A DNA stretch of 64,000 nucleotides from Eledone cirrhosa (taxonomy: Eukaryota), in assembly GCA_964016885.1 (NCBI GenBank), contig OZ024746.1, positions 92,876,001 through 92,940,000 on the forward strand, written 5' to 3'. Below are positions 13,481 through 27,872 of the stretch, piece by piece; within the stretch, counting starts at the first letter, position 1, and every line of letters starts with the position of its first letter. The position numbers and the translations under genes are program-made. The notes under the pieces are model-generated. The model did no database searches, was not told the origin of the DNA, and saw nothing but the letters and a program-made list of their open reading frames with translations.

Positions 13481-13772
13481 GAATTTTCAACCACAAGGAA
13501 AAGTACTCAATACAGAATAGAAAATAGTACAATGTTGACCAAGTGTTTGAGGAAGAGAGGAAATGATTGAAAGACACCAGGTGAGAGAAGTGGTAGTGGT
13601 AATAGTGGCAGGTTATTAACATAACAATAGACAAAAGAATTAGGCTTGAAATTTTTAAAATGCAGAAAACATTTAAAACAAACAAACAAAGGAGCTGAAT
13701 ATTAGATCAGTTCAGGGAAACAATGTTTTCCCATTGCTAATACAATCAACTCATTGCAATTTCCAGCAGAAA

Positions 13773-13996
13773 CCCTTTAACATTTAAACCAGCTGTATCC
13801 AGCCAGAATTCTCTCACCTCTTTCTATTCAAACTGGCTGTAACCGGCCACTCATACTGATGTTAGGGTATTGTTCTCAAAATAAATAATATCAAAATCTC
13901 ATAGATTTGATATTATGTGAGATAATTATGTGAGGTAAAGCATTTACCACGAAAATACAATAGTATATATAGAGTAATGTAAATGCTAAAGGGTTA
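13773..13996 (+). mobile_element. piggyBac-type MITE (family A)
   Basis: CCCTTTAACATTTAAACC...GTAAATGCTAAAGGG; aligns by eye to the 7752 copy. Confidence 0.8.
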
Positions 13997-14724
13997 GACT
14001 CAGAACACACAGAACCAGATCATATATTGCAAAGAATCCTGTCTGACTCTAATCATTTCCCAAATCCACAACGTTATCGATCTTGAATAGATAAAAGACA
14101 AAGTTAACCATAGCAGGATTCTAACTTGGAGCCCAATGAGCCAGAAAAATAGCAAAGCATTTAATACAACTCCCTAATAACTCTGTTGAAATGAGGCAGA
14201 TTTGTTTGAAGCAATGTTGTTATAAAATTTAAAACTATCACAAATATAAATTCATTGAAATATATATAACCTTTAATGATTTTGCAGAAAATACAGTGAC
14301 ATGGTATTTAATTCACTAGTGTATAGTTTCTTTACTAGTGGACAGACCATTGTGAAAATTTGCAGTATTAGAGTAAAAAATGTGATGTAGTCATAGGGCT
14401 GTTTTGTACTTTACAAGAATGTCTTACTAATGTGGCTTCATGGAATACAGGATATTAAGAATTAAGACTCTTCCAATGAAGTGTTATGGATGACTTATAA
14501 ATTTACTGAAATATATATATTTTATTTAAAACTATAACAGAGCATTATAGATGAATTATAAATTCATTGAAATATATTTAATATTATATTTCCTGCATAT
14601 TTCAGCCATTTTGATTATCAAAAAATGTTTTGATCCTAAGTTGAGGTTTCCTCCTCCATATATTTTTGTTGTTCATTCTTGTGGAAAATCTCTATTGGGA
14701 TAGTTATTCAGCAAAGGAAGTTCT

Positions 14725-14870
14725 ATGTAGTAGTGGTAGTGGCGGTGGTAGTAGTAACAGTAATAATAGTGGTGGTGGTTGTAGTAACAGTAATAACATT
14801 GATGGTGGTGGTAGCAGTGAGGTGTGGTGTTTGAGGTAATGGTAGTTGTGGTAGTAATAGTGTGGTAGTC
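14725..14870. repeat. (GTA/GTG)n trinucleotide low-complexity tract
   Basis: Seen directly. Confidence 0.85.
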
Positions 14871-15010
14871 AGTCAAGTATTTTTTAAATTAAAAAATAAA
14901 TATTTCCTAAAAGTTTTTATTCTTATTTTGAAAGTATATTAGCTTATAGTAAGCTGCTACAATGCAGGTTTAACTATAAAATATTTGAGCACGTTGGGTA
15001 CATAAATATG

Positions 15011-15362
15011 ATCTCGAATACAAGTGGCTGAAATGGGGTTCCTCCGAAGGCTCTTTGGAGTTTATAGCTCGGAGATTGGGAGAGTTACTCCAAGTAGAGC
15101 CACTACTTCTCTGAATTGAGTGATCACAGCTCCGATACTATGGGCATGTGGTTAGAAAGTCTCAGGGAAGAATCACTGGACAGATTTTATGAGCAAAATC
15201 AACCAGCAGGGTGCCCCAGGGGTAGACTCCGAGCAAGATGATTGGATAACATCCATGAGCTTGGTTAGTCTCACTTGGGGATCCAGCCAGATCAGTTGGA
15301 GATGGTTGCTTCTGGAAGGAGTGTTTGAGGGCTCACTCAAGAATAAGTGGGCGAAGAAGAAG
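15011..15362 (+). mobile_element. Rex3/Expander-like RTE 3' fragment
   Basis: Decayed RIQVAEMGFLRR...LQVEPLLL*IE*SQLRYYGHVVRKSQGR; same family as 8691. Confidence 0.75.
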
Positions 15363-16659
15363 GGTATATAAATGAAATGTTTGTTGCTTTTCTTTTCTAT
15401 ATTTTGTTTAAAACTTTGCCAAAAGATACATAGATATTAAAATACACACTATAACAAGGGATGCTGGTGTTTTCCTGTAAACATTTTTGAGGACACGGCA
15501 ATGTTACTAGTGATAGCATGACTAAGGTACTGGAATAGTCAGATATTGTTAGAAGCATCACTTCATATTTCAGTAAGGCTGGTTGATTGCATAGCTAAGG
15601 CACTGTATCAGCCAAGTATCCTTGCAAATATCAGCTGATACTTCAGTTAAGCTGGGTAATAATGAGGCTAAGGCAAAGAATAGTAAAGCACCCTCATACA
15701 TATCACTTGATGCTTCAGTAAGGCAAGCTGCTATCAACAATAAAAATACTGTTGCAAGTGGCTCAGCTACCTCTAGACATCTCAAATGCCACAGGCTGAA
15801 AAATATATAAAGTTTACTGATAATTCATGGCATTTCAGAATTTTATTCCATTCAGCTGTGGATGTAATGACACCCATTTTTACAGCAATATTTAGGATGT
15901 AAGAAAGAACAAAAGAATCACAATGTTTAAAAATCCAATGTTAAAGATTTTACTAATATTACCATGATCTTTTTCAAACCACTGCAATGCATGTAAACAA
16001 CACACCAATGCTACAATTGTTCTCATTCTGAAGTTGGGGGTGTGAACATTTTGAAATGTTAGATTAATCAATTTAGGAACACAACTGTTCCAATCTAAGC
16101 GTACAAAGTTAATGAGGAAATATACTCTGGGTCTTTGATTTCCAAATTATTTGTTTTACAGTATTTATATTTATCTAAAGATGTTACATAATAATTTTGT
16201 GTCAGAATCTTTGTTCCAAGCACCAGATTAATGAGATAGTTATGTTACTAGATCTCTCTAAATTGATTATTTTCAAAATTATTAGAAATATGGAGTTAAG
16301 AGATCAGACTTGAACACAGTTATATAATATTTGAAAGAAAATTTGTTCTTTATGAACACACACGTGTATTGTTGTGTTTGTTCGTTTGTGTGTGTATGTT
16401 GGTTTGTGTCAGTGTGTGTGTTAGCCAATTACTGAGTTATGACATTTCCTTTAGCCTGTTTGACTTGTTATTCAGAATCTAACTGGTTTCTCTTGAGTCA
16501 CACATCCATTGTATCTAACAACTGAAGTCTTGTTATAAAACTTAGACATGATATATTGTACTCTTCACTACAACTTTGTAGTATTTTTCCCTATACTAGT
16601 CACATAGGTCATCATTTAATATTTTTTACATACATGTACACTATTATTACATAACTGGA

Positions 16660-17930
16660 ACTTAGTATTAGCTCTGCATTACACTACACACTCATGGTAT
16701 TAACTGTACACTACAGACTCATGGTATTAACTGTACACTACAGACTCATGGTATTAACTGTACACTACAGACTCATGGTATTAACTGTACACTACAGTCT
16801 CATGGTATTAACTGTACTCTACAATCATAGTATTAACTGTACTCTACAGTCTCATAGTATTAACTCTACACTAGTTTCATAGTATTAACTCTACACTACA
16901 GTCTCATAGTATTAACTCTACACTACAGTTTCATAGTATTAACTGTACTCTACAATCATAGTATTAACTCTACACTACAGTCTCATAGTATTAACTCTAC
17001 ACTAGTTTCATAGTATTAACTCTATACTACAGTCTCATAGTATTAACTCTACACTACAATCTCATAGTATTAACTCTATACTACAGTCTCATAGTATTAA
17101 CTCTACACTACAATCTCATAGTATTAACTCTATACTACAATCTCATAGTATTAACTCTACACTACAGTCTCATAGTATTAACTCTACACTAGTTTCATAG
17201 TATTAACTCTATACTACAGTCTCATAGTATTAACTCTACACTACAATCTCATAGTATTAACTCTATACTACAGTCTCATAGTATTAACTCTACACTACAA
17301 TCTCATAGTATTAACTCTATACTACAATCTCATAGTATTAACTCTACACTACAGTCTCATAGTATTAACTCTACACTACAGTCTCATAGTATTAACTCTA
17401 CACTAGTCTCATAGTATTAACTCTACACTACAGTCTCATAGTATTAACTCTACACTACAGTCTCATAGTATTAACTCTATACTACAGTATTAACTCTATA
17501 CTACAATCTCATAGTATTAACTCTACACTACAGTCTCATAGTATTAACTCTACACTACAGTCTCATAGCATTAACTCTACACTACAGTATTAACTCTATA
17601 CTACAATCTCATAGTATTAACTCTATACTACAGTCTCATAGTATTAACTCTACACTACAGTATTAACTCTACTCTACACTACAGACTCATAGTATTAACG
17701 CTACACTACAATCTCGTAGTATTAACTCTACACTACAATCTCATAGTATTAACTCTACACTACAATCTCATAGTATTAACTCTACACTACAATCTCATAG
17801 TATTAACTCTACACTACAATCTCACAGTATTAACTCTACACTACAATCTCACAGTATTAACTCTACACTACAATCTCATAGTATTAACTCTACACTACAG
17901 ACTCATAGTATTAACTGTACAGGTTCATAG
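16660..17930 (+). repeat. 27-bp minisatellite array (roughly 45-50 units)
   Basis: Unit ctcatagtattaactctacactacagt with variants; the ORF 16694 repeat MVLTVHYRL reflects the 27-bp period. Confidence 0.95.
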
Positions 17931-18500
17931 GCCATCCTTCAGTACCTTCTGTTTACATGTGCCAGTATTAACAGCACACCACACTACAGGCTCATAAGTC
18001 AACATGTAAAACTTGTGTGTGTGTGGTATGGCTTGCTCATGAAATTAGTGAGCAAGTGGCTGTACATTCCCCATCTATATGTATTCATCATCATAGTTTA
18101 ACGTCCTTATTCTACGCTAGCATTCGGTGGGACAAGGCTGGCCCTTTGAATTCCAGGTATAACTGAATGAACTGGAGCTGTGTGAGATAGTATCTTGCTC
18201 AAAAACACATGCTGTGGAATTGAATTCATAACCTTATGATTGTAAGCCAAAAATCTTAACCATAAAGCCACACCTTCACATCCTATGCACATGTACACAT
18301 ATATGTATGGTACCAAAGTAAGATCCTCATGTTTACAACTTTTGTTGTTTTCCCATTTTTATGATTGTCTAATAAAGGTGCTAAGCCTAAAATTATGAAG
18401 TCCTGCCATATTTCTATTCCTTTGATTTTGAAACTTGTATTTTGTCTCTGTGTTGTTATTTTTATGGTATTATTTCATGGGTCTACCGCGCACACATACA

Positions 18501-18712
18501 TTATTATTATTATTATTATTATTATTGTTCTAAGAGTCTGTCATTGATGTTATTTAACTGGAAAGTTTGTTGAAATGAATATCAAGCCGCTACCTGCAGC
18601 CTCAGATATTCAGGATGTATCGGAGGGTTCTTGCTGTTCCCAGCAAGCATGCCTTTTTAAGTGTTCCAAAAAGCGGAGCTGGACTAATCTTCTTTAACCA
18701 TCCTTGGAGACT
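18501..18712 (-). mobile_element. R4/Dong-like (RLE) non-LTR element 3' end with (TAA)n tail or target
   Basis: The minus strand reads SLQGWLKKISPAPLFGTLKKACLLGTARTLRYILNI* (stop 18602-18604), the R4-clade C-terminal QKACLLGTAR motif, then a short UTR and (TAA)n at 18501-18526. Confidence 0.75.
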
Positions 18713-18738
18713 CTATATATATACATATATATATATAT

Positions 18739-18787
<49 letters not shown>

Positions 18788-19026
18788 CACATATATATAT
18801 ATATAATTAAGTTAAAGATGTACATCCATATATGTATACTGAAATACTAGTATGTATATGAATACACACACGTATATATATGTAGGTGTACCAAGTTTTT
18901 TCACTGCTCACTTTACTGTGAGTGGCCAGCTATTCTGTATGTAAACACACAGACAAACCGGTTTTTAGAGTCATACTGGTTTTTGAGGAAACACCTCTCC
19001 TCTATTCTCCAGAAAGCCAGACAAGG

Positions 19027-19071
19027 AATATTGAACTAGTTTCGTTGTTGTTACAACTCATCAGCAATATT
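19027..19071 (-). ncRNA. Minimal type I hammerhead ribozyme (copy 1)
   Basis: AAUAUUG-CUGAUGA-GUUGU(AACA)ACAAC-GAAA-CUAG-UU/CAAUAUU: 7-bp stem I, intact core, 5-bp stem II, palindromic ACUAGU stem III. Confidence 0.8.
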
Positions 19072-19493
19072 TACCTATCTTCCGGCCTCTCTAGAGAATC
19101 GTAAAAGCACATATCGTTATATGCTTTTTCTATGAAAATTAGTAGTGGGCAGACTAATTTGCATAGAGTGTGAGTAAGTACCGGTTCAACGGAGACGATA
19201 AAAACAAATAACGAAACGAAATTAAATTTCGTTTCGTTTGTAACTCACTTTTGTATGACTGACGCTTAAACAATTAAGTTAAAGATGTACATCCATATAT
19301 GTATACTGAAATACTAGTATGTATATGAATACACACACGTATACATATGTAGGTGTACCAAGTTTTTTCACTGGTCACTTTACTGTGAGTGGCCAGCTAT
19401 TCTGTATGTAAACACACAGACAAACCGGTTTTTAGAGTCATACTGGTTTTTGAGGAAACACCTCTCCTCTATTCTCCAGAAAGCCAGACAAGG

Positions 19494-19538
19494 AATATTG
19501 AACTAGTTTCGTTGTTGTTACAACTCATCAGCAATATT
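19494..19538 (-). ncRNA. Minimal type I hammerhead ribozyme (copy 2)
   Basis: Identical to copy 1, 467 nt away on the same strand. Confidence 0.8.
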
Positions 19539-19963
19539 TACCTATCTTCCGGCCTCTCTAGAGAATCGTAAAAGCACATATCGTTATATGCTTTTTCTAT
19601 GAAAATTAGTAGTGGGCAGACTAATTTGCATAGAGTGTGAGTAAGTACCGGTTCAACGGAGACGATAAAAACAAATAACGAAACGAAATTAAATTTTGTT
19701 TCGTTTGTAACTCACTTTTGTATGACTGACGCTTAAACAATTAAGTTCATCTTTAACTTAATTGTTTAAGCGTCAGTCATACAAAAGTGAGTTACAAACG
19801 AAACGAAATTTAATTTCGTTTCGTTATTTGTTTTTATCGTCTCCGTTGAACCGGTACTTACTCACACTCTATGCAAATTAGTCTGCCCACTACTAATTTT
19901 CATAGAAAAAGCATATAACGATATGTGCTTTTACGATTCTCTAGAGAGGCCGGAAGATAGGTA

Positions 19964-20008
19964 AATATTGCTGATGAGTTGTAACAACAACGAAACTAGT
20001 TCAATATT
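19964..20008 (+). ncRNA. Minimal type I hammerhead ribozyme (copy 3, inverted)
   Basis: aatattg 19964-70; CTGATGA 19971-77; GTTGT/ACAAC stem II; GAAA 19992-95; CTAG; TT 20000-01; caatatt 20002-08. Confidence 0.8.
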
Positions 20009-20289
20009 CCTTGTCTGGCTTTCTGGAGAATAGAGGAGAGGTGTTTCCTCAAAAACCAGTATGACTCTAAAAACCGGTTTGTCTGTGTGTTTACATACAG
20101 AATAGCTGGCCACTCACAGTAAAGTGACCAGTGAAAAAACTTGGTACACCTACATATGTATACGTGTGTGTATTCATATACATACTAGTATTTCAGTATA
20201 CATATATGGATGTACATCTTTAACTTAATTGTTTAAGCGTCAGTCATACAAAAGTGAGTTACAAACGAAACAAAATTTAATTTTGTTTT

Positions 20290-22943
<2,654 letters not shown>

Positions 22944-24137
22944 TTGTTATACTTGGGGAGGGTCATATTTGCGTAATATTGCCAGAATTAATAACAGAAC
23001 ACACTCACTGTTTGGTTGGTTTTCGCTTCTCGCTGTCTTTTATATCTGCGATCTAACTTACTCGGTCCTCAATGCTGCCATTGACTGACCGGCGGTCAAA
23101 AATAATACAGATACAATATAGACACAAACACATATATATATATATATATAGTTTACATAATTTACATAAATCTTTCGTTGTACATCTGCAACATCGTCAG
23201 TGGTGTTATATTCATTGTTCCTCCTGTTGTTGTATGTCTACGCCATTTTTTATTCAGTCTGTCTATATATTTATTTATTTATTTGCTTGTTTGTTTATCT
23301 TATCTTATTTTATTTTGTCTTCTTTGCGCATGCGTTTGCGTGTGTGTATAGTGTTATGTGAGATGTGTGACTAGTGTGTATAGTGTTGTGTCTGCTGGGT
23401 GACTAGTGTGTGTTTATGTGCTTGTGTATGTATTTATTTATCTTATTTTATTTTATTTTATTTACTTATTTATACTTCTCTTAGGTCAGTGTTGTTTGTT
23501 TGGGTGTTGTTGTTGTTCCACTCATTCTTTCTGTTTAGCTTTGGTCTTCTAATTTCTATTTCACTGGCCTCTCTGATTTGCCTATCTGCTGGGTCATTCC
23601 TATGTTTAGATATTATTCTAATTTCTATGTTGTCTATGTTACCGTCATGATGTTGTCTAGCATGTTCGTATAGTACTGACCCGTTTTTTCGTCCTTTTAG
23701 TTCCCCCCAGTGTTGGTCTATCCTTTCACCTATGCTACGAGCTGTCTCACCTATGTATGTTGTTGTCATGTTTCTGCAAGTACCCTCTGTACATCTTATG
23801 CTATAGACTACGTTTCTAGTTTTACAGTTTATCCGGGGGTTCACCTTACATATGATACACTTCCTATTGGTACAGTGGGTTTTCTTAAAAGGGTAGGTTT
23901 TGCTGATCAGGGATTTTATGGTGGTTCCTGGCTTTTCTACCACCTTTATTTTTAAGTGGGTCTTTCTCAGGGCCTTTCTACACTGGTTAGCTAATTTCCC
24001 TCCAGGGGTGGCGTCCACAAACATGACACTCTGATATCTCTGGTTGTCGTACCATGATGTGGCCTTCCCTATCTTATGTCTAGCCCTATCTAAGCTATTC
24101 CATGATTTGCTCCTGTATAGTGGGCAAATTCCTTTCA
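22944..24137 (-). mobile_element. Penelope-like retroelement, 5'-truncated: RT C-terminus, Cys-rich linker, GIY-YIG endonuclease and downstream pLTR/3' region
   Basis: ORF 23470..~24137(-): PLYRSKSWN, VMFVDATPGG, CTNRKCIIC linker, CKTRNVVYSIRC...YIGETARSIGERIDQH...LYEHARQHH...RQIREA...RPKLN. The downstream region has a hammerhead-like core and a TATA-like GATATAAAAG. The 3' boundary is uncertain. Confidence 0.85.
23165..23208 (-). ncRNA. Hammerhead-like motif in the Penelope 3'/pLTR region
   Basis: Minus strand: CUGACGA-U-GUUGCA(GAUG)UACAAC-GAAA-GAUU-UA. Core and stem II are good; stem I is only ~2 bp. Confidence 0.5.
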
Positions 24138-24163
24138 TGCCCACTATACAGGAGCAAATCATG
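24101..24163. repeat. 26-bp perfect inverted repeat at the Penelope 5' truncation point
   Basis: catgatttgctcctgtatagtgggca (24101-24126) and its reverse complement (24138-24163), 11-nt spacer. Confidence 0.93.
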
Positions 24164-25104
24164 AGGAAAAGCACCCAGCGTACACTGTATAATAGTAGTG
24201 CTGGTGCCATGATATGTACCCTGTACATACTGTAAAGTGATTGGTGTAAGGAAGGGTATCCAGCCATAGAATCCACGCATAAATATCAGATGTTTGAGTG
24301 AGATGTGATCATCTGACTGTCTTATCTCAAACCATCATGACTCCTCCAACCCTTGCTAACACAGAAAAGGGATGTAAAATGCTGCTGATGATGATGATGA
24401 ATGAACTTTAGTGTTTAAAAAATGTTTTTATATTGATAAAAAGTGATATAACTTTTGTACAGGAATTTTGATGTGGGTAGGTGTTTTGGTGTGTGTGTAA
24501 TTTTGTGTGTGCATGTTTTAATTGTATGAGAGGTGTGTTTTGGCATGTGTTTGTGTGTGTGTGTTTGAAACAGGAATTTTTGTTTTTCTATCAATACCTA
24601 TAAATTCCAAGCCTAAGTTGACACCAATAACTGACATAATTAATAACCTTAGTGGCTTTTAAATGTTTTAGACAACATGTGACATGTGGGAACAATGACA
24701 AACAGCTGGAGATTAATATTGGGGTAATTTACTGGTGAAGGTCAAATGTAGCGATACTGAGATGTGCATGGAAGCAGAGCCATAGCAATTTATTTGTGCT
24801 CTCAGCTAGGCTTTTTAGTTTTAGGAAGGTTAGAATTGTTTAATTTAATACCTGTATGTATAACTTTTCAATTCCAATTACTTGCGCTGAGCTAACTTTG
24901 GAGAGGTTTGTTGTGTATTGTAATATTAATATTTTGTGTATGAGGGGCCACCCAAACTTGAAGTGTCCTGGGTCCCTCAAGGTCTAAATCGAACCCTGCA
25001 TGAAAGTTCTGCAAACTGAGTAGTGTGCTGAAACTGAAGGGAAATGTATGTGCTGCTTGTGAGAAGTGCCATGATTTAGCAATAGAAAAGACTAGAAATA
25101 ATTA

Positions 25105-25260
25105 TTTCTACATTTGGCACAAGGCCAGTAATTTGAAGGGAAGGGAAAAGTCGTTTAAATTGACCCGACTGCATAACTGTTACTTTATTTTATCGACCCT
25201 ATAAGGATGAAAGGCAAAGCTAACCTCAGTAGGATTTGAACTCAGTACATAAAATGTGCT
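25105..25260 (-). mobile_element. tRNA-derived SINE fragment (family with a conserved central domain)
   Basis: Reverse complement of GAGTTCAAATCC..GAGGTTAGCTTTGCCTTTCATCCTT..GGGTCGATAAAATAAAGT, seen in many copies. Confidence 0.75.
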
Positions 25261-25623
25261 CTGTACACTGTAAAATGGCAGTGCTGGCACATTAAAATGC
25301 ACCTAGTACACTCTGAAATTTTTGTGCTGATGTTATGATAATTTGCATCCAGTACACATTATAAAGTGTTTCTGCTAGTTTTACAATAAAATTAACCTTA
25401 TACACCCTGTAAAATGGTACTCGATGTTGCGAAGCATGTTATCCGACACTCTACCTATATTGTCAATTAGAAGGGAAAGATATGTGAGAAATGCCATCCA
25501 TGATTTATGGGAGTGAAACAAGGGTAATGAATGGAAAGAATGAAAATGAGAATGATCTGGTGGATGAATGGAGTATCACTGAGAATGACAATGAATTGCT
25601 GAGGATGATGGGGGATAGAGCAT

Positions 25624-25828
25624 CTTCTTCGCCCATTTATTCCTAAGAGTGTCATGGGTGCAGAGCCCTCAAACACTCCTTCAATGGGTCCTGTCAGAAG
25701 CAACTGTCTCAAACTGATCCAGCTGGATCCCCAAGCGTTACCTGCCAAGCTCATGAATGTTATCCAACCATCTTGCTCAGCGTCTACCCGGTGGGTCTCT
25801 TGCCAGTTGGTTTTGCCCATAAAATCTG
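25624..25828 (-). mobile_element. Rex3/Expander-like RTE 3' fragment
   Basis: Homologous by eye to 8691 and 15011. Confidence 0.7.
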
Positions 25829-27872
25829 AGCATGTTATGCAAAATAGATTTGCCATTCTCAGTTAGTTCTGGCTTGTATCTGACATAAATGCCAACTGGC
25901 TATCGATTCTCTTTGGATGTGGAAGTGAAGTGTCACTTGTCTTTTGATGAGAAAAACCCACATAAAAACAATATATGTTTTTCTCTGAAGATAACAAAAT
26001 CGTGTTTACATTTGTTTATTTTTTCCAGCAAGTATTATAATTGATAAACTGCATTTGTAGCTACAATGAATGTATTTTAGGTCTAAATATTTAAGGATTG
26101 GCAATCAGCTTAACAAAGAGTTAAATTTACAGATGGGTGTTTATTAAAGCTTTGTCTTCACCAATTTGGTCTTTGAAAGCAATCACATGAGTTTTTAGAA
26201 CTAAGATGACTGTTCATTGTAAACTCATATTAGCTTAGAAAATAATTGTTAAAATAACAAGGACAATGGAAATTATATATATATATATATCATTAAGTCT
26301 GCTATTTTTAAAAACAATGATATATATATATATTATATAGATTATATACAGTTGCACGTAGAGAAATAGAGGACAAATGAACAAAAGCATCCATCCATTT
26401 TTCTTGTCATCTACCCCATGGTAATTCAATATATATATATATATATACACATATATACATATATACATATATATATATATGTGTGTGTGTGTGAATAAAA
26501 CTAGTTATTTTAATCATCTGTATCCAACACTATATGAAACACATACTAGTTTTATTTCTATGTAAAGTGAATAGTATTTTGTTGTGGAAGCTTACTGTTT
26601 TTAATTCCTAAGTAGATTGCATTAAAAGAAGTTTATTTTGGCACCATTCATCACTGGAGCTACTGAATTACTGATATTAGTCATTGCTAAAGTGTTGTTT
26701 GATGACAATATAATGGAGACACTTGCTAGTAGTCCTTGAATTATTATTATTAATATTTTAGTTTTTAAGACATTTACTGCTGCTAACTAAACCTTCCCCT
26801 CCACCAACCATATTATTCCTATTAACTTGGAATATAATAGTGGTGTAGCTGAAATTGACATCATTAAAAGTATGTGTTATTACAACTTCCTTCCTTAACT
26901 CTAGTGCAGTACATTCTCTCTTAAAGTTTTACCATTTTTACTGTCTGACAGTTCTCCCATGTAGGCAAAGTCACCAAATATGTAGGCAGGATCCATGCTT
27001 GCTTCAGTGAAAATACAAAAGCTTGCCTGGTCTTGACATCTATCCCATTACTAGTATTGACTCCCTATCCGAAACCATTCTCCAGGATCTACTTTGAGGA
27101 GGGTAAAAAAAATCCTGGTCTGACATCCACTGGGCATGTCTCATCAACATGGTGACCCTTCTTTGTATGATAGTGAACATTCATCAGTGGTGATTGGTGA
27201 CGGTCAAAGTTAGTCCAACATCAACAACCAGACAGTTCTCAACACTTCGACCCTTTTGTATGTGTCAAAGGACAGATCAATGGTGATTGCTAGTTGCCAG
27301 CACATTTAGTGTGGCGTCCCAATGATTGGCTATCTGTGACAGTGAAGATGATAGTTTCCACTATTAAAGTCACTCTAAGCATACCATATGAAGCAAGTTG
27401 CAGGTAGCATTTTAAGGCCATTTTTCCTTGCTAAACCCAGGGTTAGTTTTTCAGGCCCCATGAAAGGCTTCATACTCATCATGAGATTTATTTTGAAGCA
27501 ATGCTTTGCAGCCGAATGCCATTTCTGGCACCAACCCTTTCACTTACCTCATACAACTCGGTGCCTTTTCTAAACTTGTGAATCTTACATCTAGGATAAG
27601 AAAACCTCTACGTATCACTTGACTTGCAAGATATATCATCAAAGGTGTACATTGGACAGTATCATCATCCTGATCATTTAACATCTGTTGTCAGGATGGT
27701 TATGAATGGAATGCTTTTGATTGAAGGTCTGTTTAGTTAGCATCTCTCTAGAGCTAAATATGAATTGTTTTGCTTCTGTTTCAAATACAGCTATACCTCA
27801 CTTTATGACCAACTCAATTTAAATTAATATCTTCTAACATAATGTTATATAAGAACCTTACAATAAGTTACT

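Larger units (their letters stand above)
18805..20288. repeat. 467-bp unit: two tandem copies plus an inverted copy (retrozyme / Penelope pseudo-LTR-like), flanked by (TA)n
   Basis: Copies start at 18805 and 19272 (period 467). Arms 19214-19747 and 19755-20288 form an inverted repeat with a 7-nt spacer. The identical 60-aa ORFs at 18922+, 19389+ and 19931- confirm the geometry. Confidence 0.95.

Noticed and set aside
16660-17930. Regular array resembling CRISPR
   Set aside because: No unique spacers, no cas genes, eukaryotic context; it is a minisatellite.
18922-20113. Three identical 60-aa ORFs (MASYSVCKH...)
   Set aside because: They only reflect the 467-bp repeat, start at GTG, lie antisense to the ribozyme and show no protein motif.
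24138-24276. N-terminal part of the 268-aa ORF as Penelope protein
   Set aside because: It derives from the fold-back arm and flanking SINE/RTE-tail sequence, not from the element.
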